DNA of 63,797 nt, the filler included, from Octopus bimaculoides (Eukaryota): assembly GCF_001194135.2 (NCBI RefSeq). It is 7 parts of 7 records of this genome, joined end to end, with 100 filler letters (N's around TTAATTAATTAA, not from the genome) between each part and the next. Parts side by side here need not be neighbours in the genome. Positions count along the whole stretch, not along the records: positions 1 to 16,402 come from NC_069005.1; positions 16,503 to 29,228 come from NW_026438525.1; 5 more parts are not named here. The stretch is one strand, 5' to 3'. The translations under genes and the position numbers were made by a program. Under the pieces are notes generated by a model. It saw only the letters and a list, made by a program, of their open reading frames with translations. It was not told the DNA's origin and made no database searches. Positions 12,451 through 24,519 of the stretch are shown here, one piece after another; position 1 is the first letter of the stretch, and each line of letters opens with the position of its first letter.

Positions 12451-12454
12451 AAAT

Positions 12455-12630
12455 GGATCCATTTGGACATTTGAGGAAGTCTATTCTCTGTACATTCTTG
12501 GTGTTTATTGTACTTGCACATCTATTATTCTCTCTGTTAACCTTCCTCTGATACTGCTTATGTGTCCATAACTTGCACCAAGTACACCATATGAAATTTC
12601 TACATTCACCTTTTCTATATATCAAGCAGG
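12455..12630 (-). mobile_element. RTE fragment covering the Cys-rich insert
   Basis: IYRKGECRNFIWCTWCKLWTHK...RCASTINTKNVQ is homologous to CSICRKGIGKNS...RCSGAINTENVQ of the 14546-16064 RTE. Confidence 0.65.
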
Positions 12631-12704
12631 ATCATCTCTCTGAAGGGACTGGTGATTTGTCTGCTTTTCTGTTTACTAGGTCTTTGGTCTTTGCTAAATT
12701 ATTA

Positions 12705-13638
12705 TAGGTTGTTCGGAAAATACTGTCCGATTTTTCAAAAACATTTTTTTCAAAAACATTTTTTTCAAAAACATTTTTTTCAAATTCGATTTTTAAGATG
12801 TTATTTTTGTAGTGTTTTAGACGAAATTTTACATATTTAATAAACGATGTGTACTCTTTAATAAACTTTTATTGATTTCTTTCAGAATATGATTTTGAAG
12901 TATAGAAACCCTAAATTTCAAACATGAAAAAATAAGAAATGCATTTACTTTTTTTGCATGAATTCAAGCTTTGAAATAATGCTTTCCAAACAGCCACCAG
13001 TATCAGTAGAACATGGGGTGAAGAGTCCAGTAGTGATTGGACAGAAAGATAGTGGTTTGAGAGATTCCGTAGTGAGGATGAGAGCCTTGAAGATCAAGAA
13101 TCTAGAGGACGTCCATCCACCCTTGATGATCAACATTTGAAAACAACAAACAAAACCCACAACAAAGTGTCAGTGAAATGTTTCATATGCTTGGTGTCTC
13201 TAAGAAATGCATGTTCACTTGAGACCTGCACTTATTAATCGATGTGGTCTAATTCTGCTCCACAACAATGCTCGACTGCATGTTTTCAGGATGACACTGC
13301 AGAAGCTCACAGACTTCGGATACAGAACTTTACCACATCCTTCATATTCTCCTGATCTTTCACCCATCAACTACAACTTTTTCAAGCATCTAGACACTTT
13401 TTTTAAGGCAAAAAACATCTTCCATTCCAAAACTGAGGTTGAAACTGATTTCAGGATTTCTTGGCATCAAAACCTTTGAATCTTTATCGAAGAGACATGA
13501 ATGATTTTGTTAATTGATGGGAGAAATGCATAGCTATTCAAGGGACATATTTTGAATAATCAAACCTTTGAATCAGTTCAATTTTTCAAGAATATAGGTT
13601 TATTTTTAAAATCGGCCATTATTTTCCAAACATCCAAA
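12705..13638 (+). mobile_element. mariner DNA transposon, internally deleted, both TIRs and TA TSD present
   Basis: About 30-bp imperfect TIRs (TAGGTTGTTCGGAAAATACTGTCCGATTTT vs reverse complement of 13608-13638), TA at 12703 and 13639; WFERFRSEDESLEDQESRGRPS and LLHNNAR...PHPSYSPDLSP motifs; three 15-bp CAAAAACATTTTTTT repeats at 12736-12780. Confidence 0.9.
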
Positions 13639-14502
13639 TAACTCTAAGGCCCTTTGATTCCAGACCTTGCTTCCACACTTGAAAATTTCTTTGCTAATTC
13701 TGGTAGCGATTCAGCCACAAGAGTGAAGACGAGAGCACATTTGCAGGTGTGCTTGTGGTATTAATGTGTGGGTGGGGTGATGTATACTAGACTAGTTGTG
13801 TGTGTGCATGCATGTGAGTGTGTGGAGGTGTGTGAGAGCGTGTGTGCATGTGTGTATGTGCATGTGTGTGTGTGCATGTTTGTGTTTGTGGTTGTGTGTG
13901 TATGTGTGTGTCTCTACATCTGGAAGAGCATTTATGGGTGTGTGAAAGAGTATATATGTACCCATATATGCTCTTCTAGGTGTACACATACACACACACT
14001 CTCAAACACACACACACACACACACACTGACACTCATATTGCACGTACAACTACACTAGCATACACCTCCTTATCCACCCACACTAGCACACCTGCAAAC
14101 ATAAATAACAAAAACATATATACCCCCCCCACACACACACACATTCATACACATACACCCACATACAGGCACACCCACATATGCCCTTCCAGACATGCAC
14201 TCATGTACACATGTACATTTGCACTCTTATTTTGACACAAATGCAAGAATGTACATATCTCTCTATATATATATATATACACTTGCACACATTCACACCC
14301 TAAATGTGTTCGTGTGTACATGCGTATGTAGCAAGCATTAATGCACACACATCCACACATGCCTACATACACACACACCCACCCTCCCATACAACCAATA
14401 ACACACTCACATCTACACATTCATACATCTCATATATATATGTGTGTGTATATATGTATATATATATATTAATATATACATGTGCATATACATACATACA
14501 TG

Positions 14503-14545
<43 letters not shown>

Positions 14546-14546
<1 letters not shown>

Positions 14547-16064
14547 CATCATCATCATCATCGTTTAACGTCCGCTTTCCATGCTAGCATGGGATGGACA
14601 ATTTGACTGAGGACTGGCGAACCAGATGGCTACACCAGGCTCCAATCTGATTTGGCAGAGTTTCTACAGTTGGATGCCCTTCCTAACGCCAACCACTCCA
14701 AGAGTGTAGTGGGTGCTTTTATGTGCCACCGGCACAAAGGCCAGTCAGTACTGGCAACGGCCATACTCAAAATGGTGTATTTTATGTGCCACCTGCACAG
14801 GAGCCAGTCCAGCGGCACTGGCAATGACCTCACTCGAAAGTCTTTTCACGTGCAACTGGCACAAGTACCAGGAAGGCGACGCTGGTAACGATCACGCTCT
14901 AATGGTGCTATTTATGCACCATTGGCATGGAAGCCAGACAGCTGCTCTGGCAATGATCACACTTGGACGGTACTCTTAGCACTCCACTGGTACAGGTGCC
15001 ATCACGATTTCGCTTTCACTTGCTCCAACAGGTCTTCACAAGCCGAGTTTAGTGTCCAATGAAGGAGACATTGGCATGGGTGACAGTCAATTTCGATTTC
15101 ACTTGCCTCAACAGGTCTTCGCAAGCGAAGTTTAGTGTCCAATGAAGGAAAGGTACACATAAGTGGGCTGGTTACACCACTGGCATAGGCCACAGGTTAT
15201 GGTCTGACTTGGCTTGCTGGGTCTTCTCATGCACAGCATATTTCCAAAGGTCTCAGTCACAAGTCATTGCCTCGGTGAGGCCTAATGTTCGAATGTCGTG
15301 CTTCATCACCTCATCCCACCTCTTCCTGGGTCTACCTCTTCCACAGGTTCCCTCAACCGTTATGGTGTGGCACTTTTCACACAGCTATCATTTTCCATTC
15401 TCGCCACATGTCCATACCAGCGCAATCGTCTCTCTTGCACACCACAACTGATGCTTCTTAGGTTCAACTTTTCTCTCAAGATACTTACACTCTGTCGGGT
15501 ATGCACACTGACATTACACATCCATCGGAGCATACTGGCTTCATTTCTTGTGAGATTATGCATGTCCTCAGCAGTCATGGCCCATATTTCACTGCCATGT
15601 AGCATGGCGGTTTGTACACATGCATCATACAGTCTGCCTTTTACTCTGAGAGAGAGACCCTTTGTCACCAGCAGAGGTAAGAGCTCTCTGAACTTTGCCT
15701 AGGCTATTCTTATTCTAGCAGCTACACTTTCAGCGCACCCTCCCCTGCTACAAACTTGGTCACCTAGATAGCAGAAGCTATCAATTACATCTAGTCTTTC
15801 TCCCTGGAGTGTGGCAAAGGTTGTTTTCTGCACATTTTCAGTGTTTATTGCTCCTGAGCATCTGCCACATACAAAAACTATCTTGCTAGTTAACCTTCCT
15901 TTGATATTGTTGCACTTCTTATGTGTCTATAGCTCATGGAATTTTTACCTATGCCTTTTCTACAGATCGAGCAGGGCCATCTACCTGAAGGGGTTTGTGT
16001 TTTGTCTACCTTCCTACTTATTAGGACTTTCGTTTTAGGTAGGTTGACTCTAAGGCCCTTCGGG
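14546..16064 (-). mobile_element. 5'-truncated RTE LINE: end of RT, C-terminal domain, 3' UTR with internal tandem repeats, (GAT)n tail
   Basis: GLRVNLPKTKVL, IDSFCYLG, KGRLYDACV, ERRLRWYGHVARM and GRGRPRKRW in order; premature stops; about 84-bp duplication at 15001-15150. Confidence 0.9.
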
Positions 16065-16066
16065 TA

Positions 16067-16309
16067 CGTGAAGTACCAGTGTTGTTAAAAATAAGAGTTG
16101 AAAAATACTAAAATAAGCCACCATTTCACTGAAAATACAACAGACTGATGAAAATCAAGGGACGAGCAAAATTTAACTGACCATTTCAGCTGCAATGGTA
16201 AGTTAAATTTTGCTTGTCCCTCAATTTTTGACTACTTGTATTTTCAATGAAATGGTGGCTTATATGAGTATTTTTCAACTCTTATTTTTAACAACACTGG
16301 TACTTCACG
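16067..16309. mobile_element. hairpin (fold-back) MITE with TA target duplication
   Basis: CGTGAAGTACCAGTGTTGTTAAAAATAAGAGTTGAAAAATACT and its reverse complement at the ends; imperfect palindrome through the centre; TA at 16065 and 16310. Confidence 0.75.
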
Positions 16310-16402
16310 TACCCGAAGGGCCTTAGAGTCAACCTACCTAAAACGAAAGTCCTAATAAGTAGGAAGGTAGACAAAACACAAACCCCTTCAGGTAGATGGC
16401 CC

Positions 16403-16502
16403 NNNNNNNNNNNNNNNNNNNNNNNNNNNNNNNNNNNNNNNNNNNNTTAATTAATTAANNNNNNNNNNNNNNNNNNNNNNNNNNNNNNNNNNNNNNNNNN
16501 NN
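16403..16502. other. artificial scaffold-joining spacer
   Basis: 44 N + TTAATTAATTAA (stops in all six frames) + 44 N. Confidence 0.95.
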
Positions 16503-16895
16503 ATGAAATACTGCTAATCATTTCGCTAAGGGTGCTAACGTTTCTTTTCTACTCTAGGCACAAAACTCGAAATTTTTGGGGAGGGGGGCCAGTGGATTAG
16601 ATCGACCCCAGTGAACAACTGGTGCTTAATTTATCGACCCCGAAAGGATGAAAGGCAAAGTCGACCTCAGTGGAATTTCAACTAAGAACGTAAAGGCAGC
16701 CGAAATAACGCTAAGCGTTTTGCCCGGTGTGCTAATGTTTCTTAGAGGGACAAACAAGGACAGACAAAGGGATTAAGTCGATTACATCGACCTCAGTGCG
16801 TAACTGGTACTTAATTTATAGACCCCGAAAGGATGAAAGGGAAAGTCGACCTCGGCGGAATTTGAACTCAGAACGTAAAGACAGACGACATACCG
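16503..16895 (-). mobile_element. cluster of three SINE family B fragments
   Basis: Repeated ACTTAATTTATCGACCCCGAAAGGATGAAAGGCAAAGTCGACCTC blocks. Confidence 0.85.
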
Positions 16896-18142
16896 ATTTC
16901 TTTATTAGGCATAAAGCCCTAGAATAGATGGGGACACCAAAAGGACAAACAAGACCACAGTGGGGACAAAAGACATAAATCGAATGTAAATGAAATGAAA
17001 GTTTTATAAAAATGAAAAAAATGAAAATGGACGCATGGACCCTCACTCTCATGCAGTACCATTTGAACCATTATATGTATTATTTATAATTATTATTTTT
17101 TTTGTTTTCCTTTTAATTTCATACTTTTTTTTTGTCTTTAGTAGAACTTCTTTAGTGGTTCGATATCTCTTAAATCCACCACTGGTGGCAACTCTTTCAA
17201 TTCCATCTCCACTCCTGGCGGGTCAATGTTATCTCCACACATCTTTCAATTTTCTGTAGTTTTCCTCTTCTATCAATATTGCCTTCATATCCTCCGTGTA
17301 GACGTATGAAGGCACCTTCACTCTTACTAATGAATGTAACTTAATTATTTTTTTTCTCTCTTTCAATATTTTTTGGGTACGTTACATAAAATCATACTCC
17401 TTCTCCTCCTCGTATCTTCATTCCTTTCTCTTGGACTTTTGGTTCTCTCTTTTCTTCCTCCATAAAGAGTCTCACCATCTCACCTTCATACATTTGGGTT
17501 TCCCACACTTTCTCCAATGGTAACTCCACTTTACTTTTACTTTCTTTTTCCTTCCTACTGCCTTCCTTCACAGTTTCTTTTCTCACCTCTTCTTTCTTCT
17601 TTTTCTGCTTCTCTGGCGGAGAACCAATTCCTCCGCTCCTCCTCCTTTTCTTCTTAACCATAGTGAATCCCTTCTCCGCTTCCCTCTTCTGTTTCTCTTT
17701 CTGTTGCCTTGTCCTGTACTACATGGTCCACACTCTCCTGTCTCTCCTCCTCTTCTGTTTGTGAATTTCTTTGGGTGCACCGTGCCTTCATGTGGCCCCT
17801 TTCTCCACATGTGAAACACACTGGTGGCCTACCCTCCACAGTAACTCTCAGTCTCACATCTTCTGGCAGCACAATATCATCCACCACACTGTTCAAGTCC
17901 TCCGTTGTTGTCTGAATCGTTAATTCGATACCATATCCCCAGTAGTTCACCTTCTGAATATTCCCGTCTTTCATATTATACGTTATGGTTGTCATCAACC
18001 ATTCTTCTTTCAATTCGGGTGGCACCTTACCCACTCGCACCTTGGCCACACGGTTGCCGCAGTACGAGGGCAAGAGGACCCATTCCTCTGTCCTTGTTGC
18101 CACTGTGGAGTGCGTTATTGCTTCCACCTCCAAGATAAACAA
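16896..18142 (-). mobile_element. deleted L1/Tx1-type LINE: gag-like ORF1 relic plus a T-rich 3' end
   Basis: ORF 17654-18142 carries RLRVTVEGRPPV-CFTCGERGHMKARC (CX2CX4HX4C knuckle) followed by a Lys/Glu-rich tract; the 3' end finishes AATAAAGAAAT and cuts a SINE B. Confidence 0.7.
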
Positions 18143-18371
18143 TCACATCATTGAAATCTGAAAACTTCGAGATAATTCTTGATTAATTCAAACAATGTGA
18201 ATAAATAAGCATTACATTTGAATGGTAAAGGATTATAGGTGAGACAAGCCTTATATGAGTAAAATAAGGGCGGCTGAGAAACTGTAACGGCATCCGTCCT
18301 TTGAGCAAAGTACGCTTAGGCAATAGAATTAATATAAATTCCGCGCACGCGTGTGTGCGTGTTTGTGTTCA

Positions 18372-18414
<43 letters not shown>

Positions 18415-18816
18415 CTGTGTGTGTGCGTGCGTGTTGAACATAGGAACAAATCTGATTAAATAACAGTTTTACACAAGTCTCTAGAGACTTACGCTCATTA
18501 GATACGTCAGTTCGGATCTGAGATGGCATTTGTATATACCCGTGTGAGTAAGCGTATGCCTCTCCGTGTGTGTGTGTGTGTGTGTGTTTGTCTATGACCC
18601 TTTATATGTATATGAGACAGAGAGAAGGCTGNNNNNNNNNNGTTTGTCTATGACCCTTTATATGTATATGAGACAGAGAGAAGGCTGTGTCTACAAAACT
18701 GAATACTCCTTTCTCAATGTATCAGTATGTTTGCCTCTGAAACATATAATACATTGACACAGAGGTAGATGAATCATATGACATGGTATAATGTTGCACC
18801 AGTATTTATCCCTTGA

Positions 18817-19153
18817 GTGAAGTCGCATGGCTCAGTGGTTAGAGCGTCGAGCTTACGATCGTGAGGTTGTGAGTTCGAATCCCGGACCAGGATTGTGTGT
18901 TGTGTTCTTGAGCAAGACGCTTTATTTCACGTTGCTCCAGTTCACTCAGTTGTAGAAACGAGTTGCGACGTCAAAGGTGCCAAGCTGTATCAGCCCCTTT
19001 GCCTTTCCTTTGGATAACATCGGTGGCGTAGAGAGCGGAGGCTGGTATGCATGGGCGACTGGTGGTCGTCCATAAACAACCAAGCCCGGACTTGTGCCTG
19101 AGTGGGTAAATTTCTAGGTGCAATCCCATGGTCAGTCATGACCGAAGCGGGTC
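18817..19153 (+). mobile_element. SINE family C (tRNA head + CORE-like segment), full length, 18-bp TSD
   Basis: A box TGGCTCAGTGG, B box GTTCGAATCCC; TSD CCAGTATTTATCCCTTGA at 18799-18816 and 19154-19171. Confidence 0.9.
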
Positions 19154-19389
19154 CCAGTATTTATCCCTTGATAGGGGCCGCGAGGTGGCAGAATCGTTTG
19201 GAGCCTGGAAAGATGTTTTGTAAAATTGCGTTCTGGGTTCAAATCTAACCGAGGTGAAATTTGTCTTTCATCATTCAAGGTCAATAGAATTACATACCAG
19301 TGAAGTAGGGAGACCAGTGGTAAAGGTTATTAGTCCTACCTTTCCATACTGCTAGACTTTTGCTAAAATAAGAAATCTGCTAACGTTTC

Positions 19390-19882
19390 TTATTTCTTTA
19401 TTGCCCACAAGGGGCTACACACAGAGAGGACAAACAAGGACAGACAAACGGATTAAGTCGATTATATAGAACCAAATGCGTAACTGGTACTTATTTAATC
19501 GACCCCGAAACGATGAAAGGCAAAGTCGACCTCGACGNNNNNNNNNNNNNNNNNNNNNNNNNNNNNNNNNNNNNNNNNNNNNNNNNNNNNNNNNNNNNNN
19601 NNNNNNNNNNNNNNNNNNNNNNNNNNNNNNNNNNNNNNNNNNNNNNNNNNNNNNNNNNNNNNNNNNNNNAATCTTTTCTAATGTAGGCACAACGCACACA
19701 TTTCTTGGGTAGGGGCCCAGTCGATTAGATCGATCCCAGTACGCAACTGTTAATTTATCGAACCTGAAAGGATGAAATGCAAAGTCAACCTCGGTGGAAT
19801 TTGAACTCAGAACGTAAAGAGACACAAAATACTGCTAAGCATTTCGCCCAGCGTGCTAACGTTTCTACCAGCACTCCACCTT
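19390..19882 (-). mobile_element. two SINE family B copies separated by a gap
   Basis: Family-B blocks on both sides of the N run. Confidence 0.8.
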
Positions 19883-21809
19883 ATGTGCTACACAATAATA
19901 TCACTCCTATTGTATTTGTGCCGGCTTGATGCTTTTATTAGAATGATCAGCAACTGTTCCTCATTTCTACATGAGTGAATCCATTTTAGTTATGATGAGA
20001 CTTGCTTATCAGAACACACATTCTTGTTGAGGACTTCATAAATGTTTTTAGCGACTATGTAACGTCTCACAAAACAGTAGTACTTTGCAGTTACTTTTGG
20101 ACAGTTGCTCAAAATGTGGTTGATATATGCCCCTCTGGCAAAATCGGGATTCATTTTGCATCATTATGCGAATGTTTGGCGGCATCCTTGTCTTTCTTAT
20201 TGATGAAATAGTTAACAGATATGTCTTGTAGTTCAAGTGTTAAGGCGCAGCCCTCTAAGTGATTTATAATACACCAGAGAAAGCTTCGAGATGCTACACT
20301 TCATGTCAATGTCTTGGTATGTATGTTGTGTGAGTATGCATGTATGTATGTATGTATGTATGTATGTATGTATGTATGTATGTATGTACATATAAGTGCA
20401 GATCTGTATGTTTTGTTTTATGAAGACTGCTGAACTCAGAACGTAGCGGCAGACTAAATAACACTAAGTATTTAGCCTTGCGTGCCAACGATTCTGCCAT
20501 CTCACCGCCTTAGCTTAAGAACATATTAAAAAGAGACAAACGGGTCATCTAGTACTGGTACAGTCGTTTCATTCAGAGATTTTATTGTGAGGTAAACAAG
20601 ATATAATCTAGTATTACGTATGCGCAGCATCCCTAAGATTGCGTAATATGTTATGCAACTCTCAGATCATCAGGCTTACTAATACACGGTCGAGCAGTGA
20701 TATGTTAATTAAACAACAAATCATCAACAAGTGAAATTTCTAGACAGAATCACCAATTGTAAAGTGGGTGCGACTACAGTCTGTTAACCATGTGGGTGGA
20801 GTGCAAAATGAGGTTGTAAATTAAATAACAGTTAAATGCTTTTTTTGTTCTAAAGTTGCCATTGAACTTAGCAACCTCGTTCATAAAACCTGATACATAC
20901 AAGACAGGCTTTTATACAGAAGACAGCAGGCACCAAGCATGATATTTGACTCTCTCCAAACATGTTCTAAGACAGTTGTCGACGTTGATCTAAGAACAAA
21001 AAAAACAAACGAAAACCCTTAAAAGAATAGAACATCTACTGTGTTATATTGTTTAGTAAATTAAGGAGTGACGTGGTGAAAAAAAATGCCAGCGTCACTT
21101 ATTCATTTACCTAATTCATCTTAATTAAAGCGCTTCGATTAATTATTCTATGTCTGATAGAATATTAGCTCTAATTAATGGAGATCCTGCTAAATATAAT
21201 TTAGGGAAAACAATTTAAGAAAAACTGCAGATTAACGAATGTCTTTGGGTAATTTTGGTGGAGAGGGAAGGAAAAGGGTGAGAGGAAAGAATACGAAAAG
21301 AAATAATGAAGAGAGATAGCCATAGGTAATTTCTAGCAATCATAACTTAATATTTAAGTAGACACAGACAAGGATAGCTAGGATAAATTAAATGTTGAAT
21401 GTGGTCAGCATTTTGACAAGTAGATGGGAATATAAACAATTAAAATTGCATATTGGATTACTGGAAGTAGTTTTAGACAATATTGTGTCAAAATAAAGAT
21501 ATAAATTCATAAATTAATGTTAGTTAAATATCGAAATTTATAGAATCAGTTATTCAGCTGTAGTGAAGTGACCCTTTGAAAGTCTACTAATAACGGAGAA
21601 GGCAAAACAGAAGCGATATGTCCGATGAAAGTAAAACGAAAACAGTGAATTCTGAAGTTTATATTAACCAATATTCTCACAATATTATTTAGAATAAAGC
21701 AAATAAATTCAACTCATAAGATCATTAAATACTGAAATCCTGACAATAATAAATTAAAATCATAATAAGGAATATTAAAATAACTTATAAGAATTGCAAA
21801 GAATTATAA

Positions 21810-22437
21810 AGGCCTTAAATAGGGACACTGAAGCAATATAAATTATGTGAAATTAAAGTCGTTAGATATATGGATGAGTTCACTCCCCTGCTTGCAATAT
21901 ATATCAAGTGAGGATTGCATCGAATAACTAGCTGGAAGAGGCGTCCTCCTTGGGTTAAAAGTAGCAGTAACGTCAGTTCCTGCGGAACAGCTATGTTTAA
22001 GTGATAATATAGATTACATCTCAGCATAGTTAGTATTTTGATCCCATATAGCTATTCTCTAACTAGCTAATTTGTTTGTTGCAAGACAAGTGACAGTGTA
22101 TCACTTAATTTCTATATATGGCGAGCCGGAGTGAACTACTGCTCTATCTAGTGGACAAGTATCCACCATAGGGATGACAACAAAGAAATCAAAACCGTAG
22201 GTCTGGTGGTTTCGTTGCGGGAAGATGGTAAGTGTTCACGCCCTTGCTTGCAACATATATCGGGTGCAGATTGTATCGAATAGCCAGCGGGAGGAAACGT
22301 CCTCCTGGGGTTAAAAATAGCAGTAACGTAGGTTGCTACAGAACATCCATGTTTAAGTGGCAATATACGTTACTTATTAGTATATTTACTGCATTCATCT
22401 CTTATGGAAATTTTCTAGCCAGCTAATTTGCTTGTGA
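21810..22437. repeat. old diverged direct duplication, period about 350 bp
   Basis: GTTCAC...CTTGCAA.ATATATC...ATCGAATA...CGTCCTCCT.GGGTTAAAA.TAGCAGTAACGT...ATGTTTAAGTG at 21878 and 22234. Confidence 0.8.
22152..22227 (+). CDS. candidate internal exon WTSIHHRDDNKEIKTVGLVVSLRED
   Basis: TCTAG acceptor, open frame, consensus donor G|GTAAGT at 22228; no homology recognised. Confidence 0.2.
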
Positions 22438-22904
22438 GTTAAATAATGAAAGCTATATATGTAAAGATGCTAGCGAAAACGTAAGATACATAATAGAGAT
22501 ATTACAATTATTACCAGAAGATTTTCTCGACATTAATATCTCATAGTATTATGTGTAACTTAAAATTCATCAGTGAAGGAAGCTTGGTGCTATAGCAATA
22601 GCTATGTAATTCATAATAGTACCATGTTATATTTACATTTATAACCAAAACCAAAAGCATTTAATAAAGTGGAACAATAAAAAATAAGTATAAAAGACGT
22701 ATGAGTGAATTGAATATTACGTAGAGTAATATAAGTGACTTAACATTATGAAATATACTTCGATTAGACGTGGCTTACTATTAATGTGTACAATATATAT
22801 TATTTCGGTAATTTATTGATATGCGGATGTTGATAGTACGATATTGTTCGATATCTTAAGGCAGATGTAATTAAAATATATCTACAGATAAACATGTAAA
22901 TATA

Positions 22905-23311
22905 CTGCGTAGCTGTGGCTGTGAGGTAAGTAGCTTGCTTACGAACCACATGGTTCCGGGTTCAGTCCCACTGTGTGGCACTTTGGGAAAGTGTCTTCTA
23001 CTATAGCCTCGGGCCAACCAAAGCCTTGTGAGGGGATTTGGTAGACGGAAACTGAAACAAGCCCGTCGTAAAAATGTATACATGTATGTATGTGTGTGTA
23101 TATCTTTGTGTGTCTGTTTGTCCCCCCTCCCCAACATCGCTTGACAACTGATGCTGGTGTGATTACATGCCCGTGACCTAGCGGTTCGGTAAAAAAGACC
23201 GATAGGATAAGTACTGGGCTTACAAAGAATAAGTCCTGGGGTCGATTTGCTCGACTGAAGGCGGTGCTCCAGCATGGCCACAAGTCAAATGACTGAAACA
23301 AGTAATAAAAG
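22905..23311 (+). mobile_element. SINE family A, full length
   Basis: Head, internal microsatellite and tail all present. Confidence 0.9.
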
Positions 23312-23321
23312 NNNNNNNNNN

Positions 23322-23370
<49 letters not shown>

Positions 23371-24519
23371 AAGAGAGAAAGAGAAAGAAAGAGAGAGATA
23401 GAGAGAAAGAGAAAGAGAGAAAGAGTAAAATCTATTTGTCAACGTAAATTAGGGGTCCTGATTTGGACGATCTTACTATCCTTTTTTAGGTGCAGGAAAA
23501 CAGCTTTTTCAGCTGGCTACCGGCGCACAACTGCGTTCTTATACTTCGTACAAGGGAGCTAATGTCCACACTCAGCTTTAAATGGTACCTACGGACCATT
23601 TTATAGCAAACTTTTTAAATGAAGACTTGTTAATAAATTTAAAACAAAACAATTATATAGAATATATAAAAGAACGATGTAAAACTAACTGAAAGACAAC
23701 CTCGTCTTTGTTAAGTTCGAAAGCCACTAGTTGCAACAATCAGTGTATCCCAAGTCCTTGGTGAAACACTCATTCTATATAGCCTTGTAATGTACTTAGC
23801 TAGGTGTTTTAGTATTTTCCGTGAGGAGCTGATTTGATACAGAGAGGAAATCAAGACTCAAATCTATCTGGATCGTTAATGTATAACAACTCTTAAATTC
23901 ACTCGGAAATTTGTACTAATAGTTTCTCCTTGTTATGCAGTTTGAAATATGATCCAATTTCCTTACGAATCTCTGTTTGTAAAGTGTTGGTCGATTTCAT
24001 TTACTTATCTTATGAGATTATTGCTAACCTTTCAAAGGTATGTGAACTCCTTTTTATTAAGAGCAATAAGATTTCCTCCTTGCGTGAAGTGGATTCCCTT
24101 CATAGGATGTAGATTGTTTCTCGCCGAAAAGCATTGCCTTTTCACGTGTGATCTATTCCTCTTCACGCCTTGTTCTTAACGTTTGCAATTATATACCAAT
24201 CTTTTATTTTGTTTCATAGTTTTTCTTCTGAAATTCAGCCGTTCTTCTGTCTCCGTTTGACTCTTATCTTCATAATTGGATGCGTTGATAATACCGCAAA
24301 TAAAAGTTTTGAAAATTACCTCACTGCCTACAGCTACATTACTCGTTGAGAGTTCCACAAATTAAAAATAGTGAACATATTTCTGTGAAAATTTAATGTA
24401 CTATCTAACTTTTTACACATCTAAGATATATCGAAAAATAAGATGGTCAGAGCTAGAGTAACTTTGATCAGAGCAAACTTAAGCTAAACACAGCAACAGC
24501 TATGACAATGAACGAATAG

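Noticed and set aside
13770-14500. Large GT-rich/AC-rich fold-back
   Set aside because: Complementarity comes only from opposed degenerate (GT)n and (AC)n tracts, which are ubiquitous in this genome.
18586-18687. Exact direct repeats either side of 10-N gaps (also 27666-27739 and 61499-61608)
   Set aside because: Typical unmerged contig overlaps, not real duplications.
18817-18890. tRNA genes at SINE heads (also near 38005, 45030-45090, 50075, 52600, 57610, 60825)
   Set aside because: A/B boxes are present but acceptor and anticodon stems do not pair, and each runs on into a SINE body.
21400-22860. Faint Penelope RT-like words (LEVVLDNIV, YADVD)
   Set aside because: Scattered across frames in AT-rich DNA; not distinguishable from chance.
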